In this document: positions 16,174 through 24,110 of the stretch, piece by piece
Position numbering within the stretch: position 1 is the stretch's first letter
Layout: each line of letters begins with the position of its first letter
Virus record (IMG/VR): IMGVR_UViG_3300036846_000521
Coordinates: 1 to 41,613 of that record
Direction: 5' to 3' (one strand)
From: a virus
Length of the DNA: 41,613 bases
Made by a program: the position numbers and the translations under genes
Notes under the pieces: generated by a model
Database searches by the model: none
The model's input: only the letters and a program-made list of their open reading frames with translations
Told to the model about the DNA's origin: nothing

Positions 16174-16599
16174 TCAGCCCTCGTCGTCGACGGCCTGGCG
16201 GCGCTCGTCGGTCTGCCGCACGTCGCCGAATTGCGCGCCGGCGGCCGCGTCGCCGGCGCCGGCCTCGTCGTCGCCGGCTTTCTTGACGCGGACCTTCACG
16301 TCGTCCTCACCGGGCACGACGGTGATCTCGACGCCGTTGTGGCGATAGATCGTTTTGTCGTACTTTTTCATGAGCTTCAGCGCGAGGACCTTGGCGCCGT
16401 GTTCGCGATCGGTGAGCTCCATGCGCGCGTCGCGGATCTCGGCGTATTCCGTCGCGACGTCCTCGAGCGGCTTGATCGCGTGATCCTCCATGCCGGGCAG
16501 CGCCGCCGCGCGCGGCCGCCCGCGGCCCGCCGTTGTTGTCCGCATCCGCGTCTTTCCCGGTGTGCTGTGCTTGCCCTTCCGAGCTTGTGTTCTGGCCAT
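16174..16599 (-). CDS. Hypothetical protein (141 aa; possibly 3' part of a longer frameshifted gene)
   Basis: ATG with an AAGGGAG RBS. The segment from MEDHAIKPLEDVATEYAEIRDARMELTDREHGAKVLALKLMKKYDKTIYRHNGVEITVVPGEDDVKVRVKK is clearly coding. Confidence 0.7.
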   Translation of the reverse strand: MARTQARKGKHSTPGKTRMRTTTAGRGRPRAAALPGMEDHAIKPLEDVATEYAEIRDARMELTDREHGAKVLALKLMKKYDKTIYRHNGVEITVVPGEDDVKVRVKKAGDDEAGAGDAAAGAQFGDVRQTDERRQAVDDEG

Positions 16600-16720
16600 C
16601 CGCGTGACTCCCTTCGTCTAGCCGCGCCAACACGGCGCGCGCGATGAGGCGCTCGAAATCCTCGAGGCACTCGAGACTGATTCCCTCCGGCAACGACGGC
16701 GCGCGATCACGTTTCGCCAT
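16600..16720 (-). CDS. Coding-like 5' segment with no stop of its own, offset one nucleotide from the 16174..16599 frame
   Basis: The ATG at 16720 is Met23 of ORF 16307..16786. MAKRDRAPSLPEGISLECLEDFERLIARAVLARLDEG has good GC3 bias. Its frame then runs through the next gene for ~290 nt, which is implausible for a separate gene. Confidence 0.25.
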
Positions 16721-16724
16721 CGCG

Positions 16725-17225
16725 CTATCCGAACAGCGACGCGTCGGCGAGGAGATCGCGGGTTTCGGGATCCGGCATCTCGGCATCCTCGACGGTGATC
16801 CGCGCCGACGGCGCCGCGGTCCCGACGACGTAGACCTTGCGCGCGTGCAGGTCGACGACTTGCTTGTCGTCGAGGTAGACGACCCCGGTCAGCCCGTCCT
16901 CAATCCCGCGGACTAACTTGTCGAGATCCGGCTTCGTCGTGTGATGCCGCACGCGGCGCGGCAGCGAGCTCGGGCGCGGCAGGCGAATCGTGACGGTGAG
17001 GACGACAGGCCCGAGAAAGAGCGCGCCGTCGGGCACCACGGTCTGCGCCTGCTCGGCGACCAGTTGCTGCCAACCTTTCGTCCGCGGGTTGTCCTGCGTC
17101 ACGATCGCGCGCGGCGCCCAGCCTTTGGCGACGGCGGCCTTTGCCCACTTGAACGGCACGAAGGCTTTCGCGCTGCCCTTTGGTTGCGCGATGCCGGTCA
17201 CGACGAACGTGATGCGGCGCTTCAC
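16725..17225 (-). CDS. rusA: RusA-family Holliday junction resolvase
   Basis: 166 aa. KPDLDKLVRGIEDGLTGVVYLDDKQVVDLHARKVY matches the RusA catalytic core pattern. Confidence 0.85.
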   Translation of the reverse strand: MKRRITFVVTGIAQPKGSAKAFVPFKWAKAAVAKGWAPRAIVTQDNPRTKGWQQLVAEQAQTVVPDGALFLGPVVLTVTIRLPRPSSLPRRVRHHTTKPDLDKLVRGIEDGLTGVVYLDDKQVVDLHARKVYVVGTAAPSARITVEDAEMPDPETRDLLADASLFG

Positions 17226-18019
17226 GCGGTCCCTCGTCGCCGGCGATCGGCGCAGTCGATCGCGTCGAAGGCATCGGTTAGCTGCTCGCCGGTTGGATAG
17301 CTGAACCCTTGCCGCGCCAGCCGGAGCTTCACGCCCTCGATCCGATCGGCGTATGTCGTGTTCGTCGTCGTGTCGGCGATCTCGGCGCGGACCATCGCGC
17401 AGAGCACGCGATGCGTCGGGGGTTTCTTCGTCGTGAACGTGAGCGTGCCGGCGCGCGAGCGCCGGTTAGTACACTGGCGATCGGATGTACCCGGATCTGT
17501 CGATCGTGGCTTGTTGGTACTTGTACATGGATCGTGGATCGTGGATCGTGGATCGCGCGCGCGCGAGTCTCGGTCGCGGTCTTGCGGGGACAACGGTCCC
17601 GCCTGGACACGCGCACGCCGCGGCGTAAATTGTTCGGAGGCACGGTGTTCGGCGGTAAACCGTCCGTTCCCGCCGCGCCGCTGTCGCCGTTTCTTCTCCC
17701 TCCACTTTCGCCGTATCTTCTTGACCTCTGACGCGGTCTTATTCCAGTCGTGGAAATCGTGAATCTGATAGCCGCCGGGCGCTCGGTGCCACAAGCGCAC
17801 GGCGACCAGCGCCTGCGCCACGGCGACCGGGTCGTGGGTCAGGGCCGAGCTCGTGACGACGCCCGCCGGCACGAAGCCGTCCGTCATTTGCGAGCAGCTA
17901 TAGGCGAGCCCGTCGATGAAGAGCGCCAGCACGCGCGCCGCTCCGTCGGCGCCGCCGAGCCGCGTGCCGGCTTTCATGATCTTCGGGTGCCGCGGCAGTC
18001 GATCGTCGACGTAGAGCAC
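17222..18019 (-). CDS. Putative replication-initiator / DNA-binding protein with internal repeat-encoded linker
   Basis: 265 aa. N-domain (...LWHRAPGGYQIHDFHDWNK), then a basic/Ser-Thr linker encoded by a lower-GC, atypical-codon segment, then a C-domain. Function is inferred from position next to rusA and the embedded repeat block. Confidence 0.4.
   Translation of the reverse strand: MLYVDDRLPRHPKIMKAGTRLGGADGAARVLALFIDGLAYSCSQMTDGFVPAGVVTSSALTHDPVAVAQALVAVRLWHRAPGGYQIHDFHDWNKTASEVKKIRRKWREKKRRQRRGGNGRFTAEHRASEQFTPRRARVQAGPLSPQDRDRDSRARDPRSTIHDPCTSTNKPRSTDPGTSDRQCTNRRSRAGTLTFTTKKPPTHRVLCAMVRAEIADTTTNTTYADRIEGVKLRLARQGFSYPTGEQLTDAFDAIDCADRRRRGTA
17528..17555. repeat. TGGATCG x4 perfect tandem heptamer, followed by an alternating (GC)n run
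   Basis: Read directly: a tggatcg tggatcg tggatcg tggatcg cgcgcgcgcg. Partial copies GATCGTGG (17502-17509) and GATCGGAT (17479-17486) lie upstream. Confidence 0.9.
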
Positions 18020-18023
18020 GACG

Positions 18024-18188
18024 TCACCGGCCGGCTTTGATCTCGCGGTCGAGTAGGACGCGCAGATCCTCGATGAGCAGGCGGATCGTCTGGGCCGCGT
18101 CGCGCATTTCCATGAGGGCCTGCGCCGCGACCCGCGGGAGATCTTCCTGCCGGATTTCGAGGATCAGTTGATCGAGATCGTGGTTCAT
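18024..18188 (-). CDS. Small helical hypothetical protein (54 aa)
   Basis: Below the ORF-track cutoff. Hand translation: MNHDLDQLILEIRQEDLPRVAAQALMEMRDAAQTIRLLIEDLRVLLDREIKAGR. Confidence 0.55.
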   Translation of the reverse strand: MNHDLDQLILEIRQEDLPRVAAQALMEMRDAAQTIRLLIEDLRVLLDREIKAGR

Positions 18189-18195
18189 GGCGGGT

Positions 18196-19206
18196 TCACC
18201 GTTTCGTGATCTGCAGCGTGAATCGACCGTGCGGGTCCGTCGTGGTGTACTTCGCCTTGAGCTCGGCGGGGACCTCGAGCCGCGATTGCTTGCCCCAATA
18301 CCCGCGGATCTCGAAAGCGCCGGCGACGCCGCGCGTGACGCCGCGCAGCCGTTTCTTGATCTCGTCGTCGAGGTCGGCGAATTCCTTACCGGGTTTCTTC
18401 AGCGCTTCGCGGCGCTCGAGCGCGGCCTCGAGCTCGGGGTCGTTGAGGATCGCCATCGCGCCGGGCGCGGCGAGCGGCGGATTGCAGACCGCGCCGTACC
18501 ACGGACAGCGGAGGCACTCGTCGGGATCGTCGGCGAGGTAGTCGGGCAAGGTGCCGGCCTCGACGTGATCGAGCGCCTGCTCGGCGCGCGTGAGGAAGGT
18601 TTCCATGCGCTCGAGATGCGGCTCGAGCTCCACCGGCAGCAGTTTCGGGAGGCCGCTCCGGTCGAGCAGCAGGAAGCCGTACGGCTCGCCGGCGCCGTAG
18701 AGATACGCGAGCAGCTGATGGCCGCCGGCGGCCGTCCAGGGGTTCTGGAACAGATCCTCGAAGCGCTCGATCCGGTCGACGAGCAGCGGCGACCAGGCTT
18801 TGACCTCGAGCGGCGCGCGCGTGCCGTCGACCTCGAGCCGCGCGTCGACCTTGCCGACGATCACCGTGCGCGCCTTGCGATCGCGGAGCGTGAAGCGTTC
18901 TTGCTGCCCGATGATCTTGAACGCCGGCTCGGCGTCGCGGCCGATCGCCTGCAAGTCGGCGAGGAGATCGCGCTCGCGATCGTCGCCGCGGCGAAACTTC
19001 GCGAGCACGTCGGCCGGCCAGGGCGGCAACTGCTCGGGAATCGTCATCTCGAGGACCATGCGCCGCGTGCAGGTCCGATACGTGGAGGCGTAGACGTGCG
19101 CGTGCGGCGCCGGTTGGCGGCGGCCGCGCTCGAGATACGCGCGCCAGGCGCGATCGATGTTGGCCGCGATCGCCGCGGCGGGCGCGCTCGTGCTCGCCGG
19201 CATCAT
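18196..19206 (-). CDS. PD-(D/E)XK nuclease, Cas4/RecB-like with 4-Cys cluster
   Basis: 336 aa. GKVDARLEV and PLEVKAW form the D...ExK core. One N-terminal Cys (YRTCTRR) plus CLRCPWYGAVC give a Cas4/AddB-type Cys arrangement. Confidence 0.7.
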   Translation of the reverse strand: MMPASTSAPAAAIAANIDRAWRAYLERGRRQPAPHAHVYASTYRTCTRRMVLEMTIPEQLPPWPADVLAKFRRGDDRERDLLADLQAIGRDAEPAFKIIGQQERFTLRDRKARTVIVGKVDARLEVDGTRAPLEVKAWSPLLVDRIERFEDLFQNPWTAAGGHQLLAYLYGAGEPYGFLLLDRSGLPKLLPVELEPHLERMETFLTRAEQALDHVEAGTLPDYLADDPDECLRCPWYGAVCNPPLAAPGAMAILNDPELEAALERREALKKPGKEFADLDDEIKKRLRGVTRGVAGAFEIRGYWGKQSRLEVPAELKAKYTTTDPHGRFTLQITKR

Positions 19207-19511
19207 GATCGCGCTCGCAGCCGGCGCGCGGTGCCGGCGATGATCGTGCCGTCGACGTCGGCCTGGTAGCGCATGAACCAGGTCTGCGTCCGTCGCAGCG
19301 TCGCGAGCACCGATTGCGTCGGGGCATCGCGCGTGCTGTCGCGGTCCCGCGCCGCGCCGGCGCGCAGGACGTTCGTCGCGATCCGTCGCGCCAGCTGCAG
19401 GGTTGTGAGCTCCGGCCGCGGCGCGCGGAGGGCCGCGGTCAGGGCCGGCGCCAGAATCCGCCTGCCGGCCACGTCAGCCTTCCTCACCGGGTTCGCGCTG
19501 TCGACGGCCAT
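19203..19511 (-). CDS. Hypothetical protein (102 aa; start uncertain)
   Basis: ATG at 19511 is Met18 of ORF 19203..19562 and gives a 38-nt overlap with the upstream gene. GTG at 19487 or 19472 are alternatives. Good GC3 bias. Confidence 0.55.
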   Translation of the reverse strand: MAVDSANPVRKADVAGRRILAPALTAALRAPRPELTTLQLARRIATNVLRAGAARDRDSTRDAPTQSVLATLRRTQTWFMRYQADVDGTIIAGTARRLRARS

Positions 19512-20502
19512 TCGCCGGCGGCGCCTGGCGGCCGCCGCCGCCGTTGCCGAAGACCTCGTCATCGCGGAGCTCGCGCGTCACGCGATCGGGCGGCGCCGCC
19601 GACGTCGACGAGTGGCTCGAGGCCGGCGGGGCCGTCGCTGCAGCCGCGGCCGAGGACGGCGACGTGGTAACTGCCGCCGACGTCCCTGCGCGCCGCTCCT
19701 CGAGCCACTTGTCGAAGTCGACGGTGTACGAATCCTTGCCGTGTTGCCTGTAGTTCGGGCAGCTGTAGAAGTTCCCGCGCTGCCCTTTCCGTAACTGCAT
19801 CGGCGTCTGACAGAGTCGGCAGACCGGCGGCGCGACGCCGGCGTCGGGCGCCACGTTGCCGCCGAGGCGATCGTCGCGCGTGCCGAAGCCGCGGCCGAGC
19901 CGGCAGTTCGTGATCTTTTTCCGCGTGCCCGACCAGACTTCCTCGAGCTCGGCGGCCGGCACCGACTTCAATCCGGCGAGCTCGCGCGTGATCGATCCGT
20001 CCAGGTTGGCGCGCGCGGCCTTGCGCACGGCGAGCTCGAGCTCGACGCCGGTCTTGCCGCGGCAGAAGTCATCCGTCGAGCTCCGGCCGCCCTCGATTTC
20101 GACGACGGTCTGCCGCGTCAATTTGCAGCGGCCGTCGCCGGTGATCAGGTAGTGGAAGATCGCGGGGTCGTTCGTCGCGATGCGTTCGGGTCGCGAGACG
20201 TTGAAGATCTCGATGCCGTAGAGATCGCGCACGCGGTCGGCGCCGCAGTCCTGCAGGTACGCGACGACCTGGCCGCCGTGCTCGGCGGGCGACTTGAAGA
20301 GCAGCCAGTCCTCCGGCGACGTCGCGCCGATCGCGGCCTTGCGCAGGGTCTGGAGCACGCGGGCCCGCGCGTCGATGATCTCGACGGCCTGATCTTTCTG
20401 GGCCGCGAGCTCGTTCAGATCGATCGGGACGTCCGGTCGCCGCGTCTCGAGGGGCGCCGGCGTCGCCGGCGTGCCGCGCTCGTCGTCATCGTGGTCGTGC
20501 AT
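19474..20502 (-). CDS. Putative DNA-binding/recombination protein with topoisomerase-type C4 zinc ribbon
   Basis: 342 aa. VCRLCQTPMQLRKGQRGNFYSCPNY is the zinc ribbon. A Ser/Ala-rich linker follows, and an acidic DDEVF lies ~25 aa before the C-terminus. It is adjacent to the nuclease gene. Confidence 0.45.
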   Translation of the reverse strand: MHDHDDDERGTPATPAPLETRRPDVPIDLNELAAQKDQAVEIIDARARVLQTLRKAAIGATSPEDWLLFKSPAEHGGQVVAYLQDCGADRVRDLYGIEIFNVSRPERIATNDPAIFHYLITGDGRCKLTRQTVVEIEGGRSSTDDFCRGKTGVELELAVRKAARANLDGSITRELAGLKSVPAAELEEVWSGTRKKITNCRLGRGFGTRDDRLGGNVAPDAGVAPPVCRLCQTPMQLRKGQRGNFYSCPNYRQHGKDSYTVDFDKWLEERRAGTSAAVTTSPSSAAAAATAPPASSHSSTSAAPPDRVTRELRDDEVFGNGGGGRQAPPANGRRQREPGEEG

Positions 20503-20517
20503 GTCGGTGACTCCTGT

Positions 20518-20910
20518 TCAGCCGCGCCAGCGGCGACGGGCATTCCAGCGGCGGGTTGGGGGCGGGTCGCTCGCGCGCGCGGCCGCGGTGCCGAACTGCT
20601 CGGCGTCGCAGCGCGCGCAGATCAGTTCGCGGCTGCCAGTGCGACAGATGAACGGCAGGCCGCAGGCGGCGCACTCGGGGGTGACGTGGTCGCCGTCGCC
20701 GTCGACGACGAGGCCGCCGTGCTCGTTCGGCCAGACCCAGGTGCCACTCTGCAGGCGCACTTTCCAATAGCGGCGGCCGGGTCGGGTCCGTGATTCACAG
20801 TGGAGGAGCACGCCGCGCGCGCCGTCGACGCCGCCCATCCGAACACGTAAGCCGTGACGAAATCCGGAATCGTCGCCGCTCGAAAAATTGGATCGGCGCA
20901 TCGCGCTCAT
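20518..20910 (-). CDS. Hypothetical protein with CxxC...CxxC (130 aa)
   Basis: ECAACGLPFICRTGSRELICARCD reads as a zinc-ribbon-like motif. ATGA-type overlap with the upstream gene. Confidence 0.6.
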   Translation of the reverse strand: MSAMRRSNFSSGDDSGFRHGLRVRMGGVDGARGVLLHCESRTRPGRRYWKVRLQSGTWVWPNEHGGLVVDGDGDHVTPECAACGLPFICRTGSRELICARCDAEQFGTAAARASDPPPTRRWNARRRWRG

Positions 20911-21179
20911 CCGATCGTCTCGATCACTAGGCGTCTAGTACGCGGGGCCTGTTCACAATGCCAGTTGATCGCGACGCGCGATTCGGTACCCTCTAATGCC
21001 ATCGCACGCGCGGCCACTCCCTCGTCGCGCGTGATCAGCGTGAGGCGCGCTGTGTCGGCGTCCTGCGATGCGCCGGCGATGATCTCGGTGTAGGGCGGTT
21101 CGGCGAATCGGCGCAGCGGCACGACGTACCGCGTGGCGACGATCACGAACGTCCGATGCGGAATCCCTCCGTGTGTCAT
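20907..21179 (-). CDS. Hypothetical protein (90 aa)
   Basis: Second gene of the leftward arm, with protein-like composition. Confidence 0.6.
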   Translation of the reverse strand: MTHGGIPHRTFVIVATRYVVPLRRFAEPPYTEIIAGASQDADTARLTLITRDEGVAARAMALEGTESRVAINWHCEQAPRTRRLVIETIG

Positions 21180-21194
21180 AGACCACGGATTCGA

Positions 21195-21527
21195 TTAGGA
21201 GCGATCGGCGAGGGCCGATCGGCTCGGGGTCTTGAGTCGGGCTGGCTTCGACGTGCGCCGAGGTTTGGGCGGCGCCGTCTCCGCGTCATCGTCGTCGCGC
21301 GTGCGGCGGCCGTGGCGCTCCGGGTCGGGAATCGCAGCAAACGTCAGGAGTTCGTCGGGTTCCAGGTTGAGCGCGGCCGCGACGCGGACGACCGTGTCGT
21401 AATCGGCGAGCCGTAGCTGCCGCTCGCCGCGCTCCATCCGACAGAGCCCGGTATTGTCGACGCCAGCCCGTTCAGCCAACTCTTTTTGAGAGAGGCCCGC
21501 AATTTTTCTTGCAATGCGGAGACTCAT
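21195..21527 (-). CDS. Cro-like XRE-family HTH regulator (first gene of lytic arm)
   Basis: 110 aa. IARKIAGLSQKELAERAGVDNTGLCRMERGER is a classic Cro/CI-type HTH. Divergent from the CI-like gene, with a consensus promoter immediately upstream. Confidence 0.85.
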   Translation of the reverse strand: MSLRIARKIAGLSQKELAERAGVDNTGLCRMERGERQLRLADYDTVVRVAAALNLEPDELLTFAAIPDPERHGRRTRDDDDAETAPPKPRRTSKPARLKTPSRSALADRS

Positions 21528-21545
21528 CGTCGCTTCCGGTCGGCT

Positions 21546-21573
21546 ATTATGACGCGGGGTTGTTGAATGTCAA
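21546..21573 (-). promoter_or_regulatory. Sigma70-type promoter for the leftward (lytic) arm
   Basis: Minus strand: TTGACA (21573-21568), 16-nt spacer, CATAAT (21551-21546). About 12 nt of leader containing GGAAG precede the ATG at 21527. Confidence 0.65.
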
Positions 21574-21588
21574 TACTTGATTTAGACT
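21560..21588 (+). promoter_or_regulatory. Candidate promoter for the CI-like repressor
   Basis: TTGTTG (21560-21565), 17-nt spacer, TAGACT (21583-21588). The -35 elements of the two promoters interdigitate over the TTGA-ATG-TCAA-TAC-TTGA half-sites (21563-21580). Confidence 0.35.
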
Positions 21589-21632
21589 CCGGCGCGCGAC
21601 GTGTTCTGCAACTCAGCCGATCAAAGGAGATC

Positions 21633-22205
21633 GTGTTGCCTGCGCCCCGTCAATGGACCGACGATCTCGAGGCGCTCGCGCGCGCCGGTCGCCGCGTCAT
21701 CGCTTATCGCGCCGCCCACGGCACAATGCGGCATCGCAAACGGATCCCGATGACGCAGGTCGAGTTCGCGAAGAAGGCCGGCGTGTCGGTTGGCTGCGTC
21801 GCGGCGTTCGAGACCGGGTTGCGCAGCACGCGGCGTGACTCCGTGCGCCGCATCGCGGCCGCCTGCGATCTCACCGTCGACGAGCTCCTGGCGGATGACG
21901 TCCCGGCGGCGGCGCGGCCCGCGCCACTCGAGGCGCCCGGCTTCACCGACGAGGTCCTGGCGATCGCGCGGATCTTCGATCTCGCGCATACCGAGGTCCG
22001 CGTCCGCGTGAAGGCGATCCTGCTCGAGCACTTGGCGCAGCGCACCGATCGGCCCGGCGTCGCCTTGCGTGACGCGCTGCGCGCGTTCTTTCCCTCGTCG
22101 CCGTCGTCGTCCGCTCAGGAACAGGAGGACCTGTCGTCGTCGTCAGCGGCCGCGACGGGATCAGGCTTTCCGGAATCGCTCCGAAAGAACGGCAGCGGTA
22201 AGTAG
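21633..22205 (+). CDS. CI-like XRE-family repressor (alternative long start ATG 21567)
   Basis: HTH in MTQVEFAKKAGVSVGCVAAFETGLRS plus a ~100-aa C-terminal domain. GTG 21633 and TTG 21636 are preceded by AAGGAG (21624-21629). The ATG at 21567 overlaps the -35 of the lytic promoter and lacks an RBS. Confidence 0.8.
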   Translation: MLPAPRQWTDDLEALARAGRRVIAYRAAHGTMRHRKRIPMTQVEFAKKAGVSVGCVAAFETGLRSTRRDSVRRIAAACDLTVDELLADDVPAAARPAPLEAPGFTDEVLAIARIFDLAHTEVRVRVKAILLEHLAQRTDRPGVALRDALRAFFPSSPSSSAQEQEDLSSSSAAATGSGFPESLRKNGSGK

Positions 22206-22307
22206 GGTCCCGATCGGGCGCCGCCGGCCGTTGAAGGCGACGCTTCGATTTCGCGATCGCCGTCTCGAGCCGCCCGACGTCGCGGCCGATCACGGCCGGA
22301 GGAGCGG

Positions 22308-22994
22308 ATGACCGTCAAAGCTCCCTTCCCGAACGTCCAGTGTGATCGGCATCCCGACGCCGCGCCGGCGCCCGGCTATTCCGTCTGCCGGCACGTCGCC
22401 GACGCCGGCGCCGCGATCGCGCACTTCGAGGCCGCGTCCGCGCGCGCGCTCGGCGCGGTCCTCTGTCGGCCGTGCGCCGAGGCCCCCCACGAGCTACGGC
22501 TGTGGGACCTGCGGTTACTCTGCGCCGGCTGCGTCGCCGTGCTCGCCGGCGTGTCGATTGTCCGCGAGGCGTCAACGGCGGAACAGTTCGCTGCGCTCGC
22601 CGCACGAGCCGCGCGCGCGCGGCTCGTGCCCGGTGACCGCCACGAGTGCAGCGACTGGCTGATCAACGGCCGGTGCGCGTTGTGCGATCGCGTGGTCATG
22701 CCGCTCGTCGTCGGCGACGTCGTACGCGTCGGCGCCGCGTGCCTGGCGAATCCCCCTAAGAGCCTGGCGGTGATCGTCGAGATCTACGATCGCGACGCCC
22801 GCCGCGGCGATCGCTCGGGTGCGACGCTGCTTTTTGCGAACGGATCCTTCGACGGGTTCTCGCCGATTGACCTCGACGTCTTTCGAGTCGTACGCGTGCG
22901 CCACGAGCCGGCGCTCGCCGACTATCAGTTTCAGTCCGCGTTGGCGCTCCATGCCGACGTCGCGCGCGGCCGTTTCGGGATCGTGTGGTCATGA
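22308..22994 (+). CDS. Hypothetical Cys-rich protein (228 aa)
   Basis: GGAGGAGCGG RBS then ATG. Several Cys pairs (CRPC, CAGC, C..CALC). First gene of a coupled operon. Confidence 0.7.
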   Translation: MTVKAPFPNVQCDRHPDAAPAPGYSVCRHVADAGAAIAHFEAASARALGAVLCRPCAEAPHELRLWDLRLLCAGCVAVLAGVSIVREASTAEQFAALAARAARARLVPGDRHECSDWLINGRCALCDRVVMPLVVGDVVRVGAACLANPPKSLAVIVEIYDRDARRGDRSGATLLFANGSFDGFSPIDLDVFRVVRVRHEPALADYQFQSALALHADVARGRFGIVWS

Positions 22995-23467
22995 TCGACG
23001 AGCTCGCCATGCACTATGTCCTCGACGAGGCCGGCGAGCCGCGCGCCGTCGATCTCCTGACCTGGGCCCTCTGGCTCGAGACCGCGGATCGGGTCGTCCT
23101 CCAGGCGTCGATCGATCGCCGTGGTCGGACGCGCGAGCTTCCGTTCCGGCGGCACACGCGCGGCGGCGGCTGCGAGGTATCGACGGTCTTTCTCGGGTTG
23201 AATCATGCGTTCGCCGGCGGGCCGCCGGTCCTCTGGGAAACGATGATCTTCGGTGGGCCGCTCGACGGAGCACAGCAGCGCTACCGATCGCGGCTCGACG
23301 CGCTGCTCGGGCATGCCGCCACGGTCGCCCGCGTGCAGGCCATCGGGCCGCGGCTGCCGCGGCGCCTGAAACGCGCCTTGAAGAAACACGACGAGTGGTC
23401 GCGGCGACTCTCGCCAAGTGAGGCGCGGCTCGTCGCGCGATTCGCTCGACGACTGGAATGCGCGTGA
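22991..23467 (+). CDS. Hypothetical protein (158 aa)
   Basis: ATGA overlap with the upstream stop. The VSTVFLGLNHAF..PVLWETMIFGG motif recalls a widespread phage protein of unknown function. Confidence 0.7.
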   Translation: MIDELAMHYVLDEAGEPRAVDLLTWALWLETADRVVLQASIDRRGRTRELPFRRHTRGGGCEVSTVFLGLNHAFAGGPPVLWETMIFGGPLDGAQQRYRSRLDALLGHAATVARVQAIGPRLPRRLKRALKKHDEWSRRLSPSEARLVARFARRLECA

Positions 23468-23817
23468 CGCCGATCCAGCGGGGCGAGATCGTGCGGCTGT
23501 CGATCGGCACCTGGTCGACCGAGGCGTTCGTCGCGGCCGCCTCCCCGAACGGCCGATCACTATTCGTGATCTTCGACGGGGCCGCGCCGGTTGGCGGCGG
23601 CGCCGGCGTGCTCGTCGGTAGCTTGGCGCTCCTGCAGGACGACGCCGGCGCCTGGCATGAGATCGTGCTCGATACGCCCGTCGTCGTCGAGCCGGTGCCG
23701 CGATCGTTTCTCTGTCCGCGATGCGGCGCCGTGAGCTACAACCAGACGGATGTCGCCGAGCGATACTGCGGCCGCTGTCACGCGTTCGTCGACGACGCGG
23801 AGCTCCCGAGATCATGA
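23458..23817 (+). CDS. Hypothetical protein with C-terminal zinc ribbon (119 aa)
   Basis: CPRCGAVSYNQTDVAERYCGRCH is the zinc ribbon. The start is ATG 23458 or GTG 23464 (GTGA coupling). Confidence 0.65.
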   Translation: MRVTPIQRGEIVRLSIGTWSTEAFVAAASPNGRSLFVIFDGAAPVGGGAGVLVGSLALLQDDAGAWHEIVLDTPVVVEPVPRSFLCPRCGAVSYNQTDVAERYCGRCHAFVDDAELPRS

Positions 23818-24110
23818 CCAAGAAACAAGCGCGCGCGCTCGTCGGCGCCGCGATCGACTCGAAGACGAAGATGGCCGCGTCCGCGATGGCGCTCGTGCTC
23901 TTTACTGATCACTACGAGCGCGATCCGGTCGCCCTGATGCAGTTCGCCCTGGCCATCCTGCTCGACAAACCGTTGTATCTGCTCGCGCCGCGCGGCCGCC
24001 TGATCCCGGCGAACGTGCGCGCCGTCGCGGCCGGCATCGAGTTCTACGAGCCCGGCGACGAGAAGGCCGCCGCGCAGCGCCTGCTCGCGAAGGCGATCGG
24101 AGGTTCGTGA
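23814..24110 (+). CDS. Hypothetical protein (98 aa)
   Basis: Internal Met32 of ORF 23721..24110, with an ATGA overlap onto the upstream stop. Confidence 0.65.
   Translation: MTKKQARALVGAAIDSKTKMAASAMALVLFTDHYERDPVALMQFALAILLDKPLYLLAPRGRLIPANVRAVAAGIEFYEPGDEKAAAQRLLAKAIGGS

Noticed and set aside
19474-19600. Acidic DDEVF in the 342-aa protein as an SSB-type C-terminal tail.
   Set aside because: The motif lies ~25 residues before the stop rather than at the extreme C-terminus, and no OB-fold signature was recognised upstream.
21567-21632. ATG at 21567 as the start of the CI-like repressor (ORF-track call, 212 aa).
   Set aside because: There is no RBS. The ATG overlaps the perfect -35 TTGACA of the divergent promoter, and it would leave only 39 bp for a two-promoter switch. 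The in-frame GTG 21633 and TTG 21636 follow AAGGAG. It is kept as an alternative.
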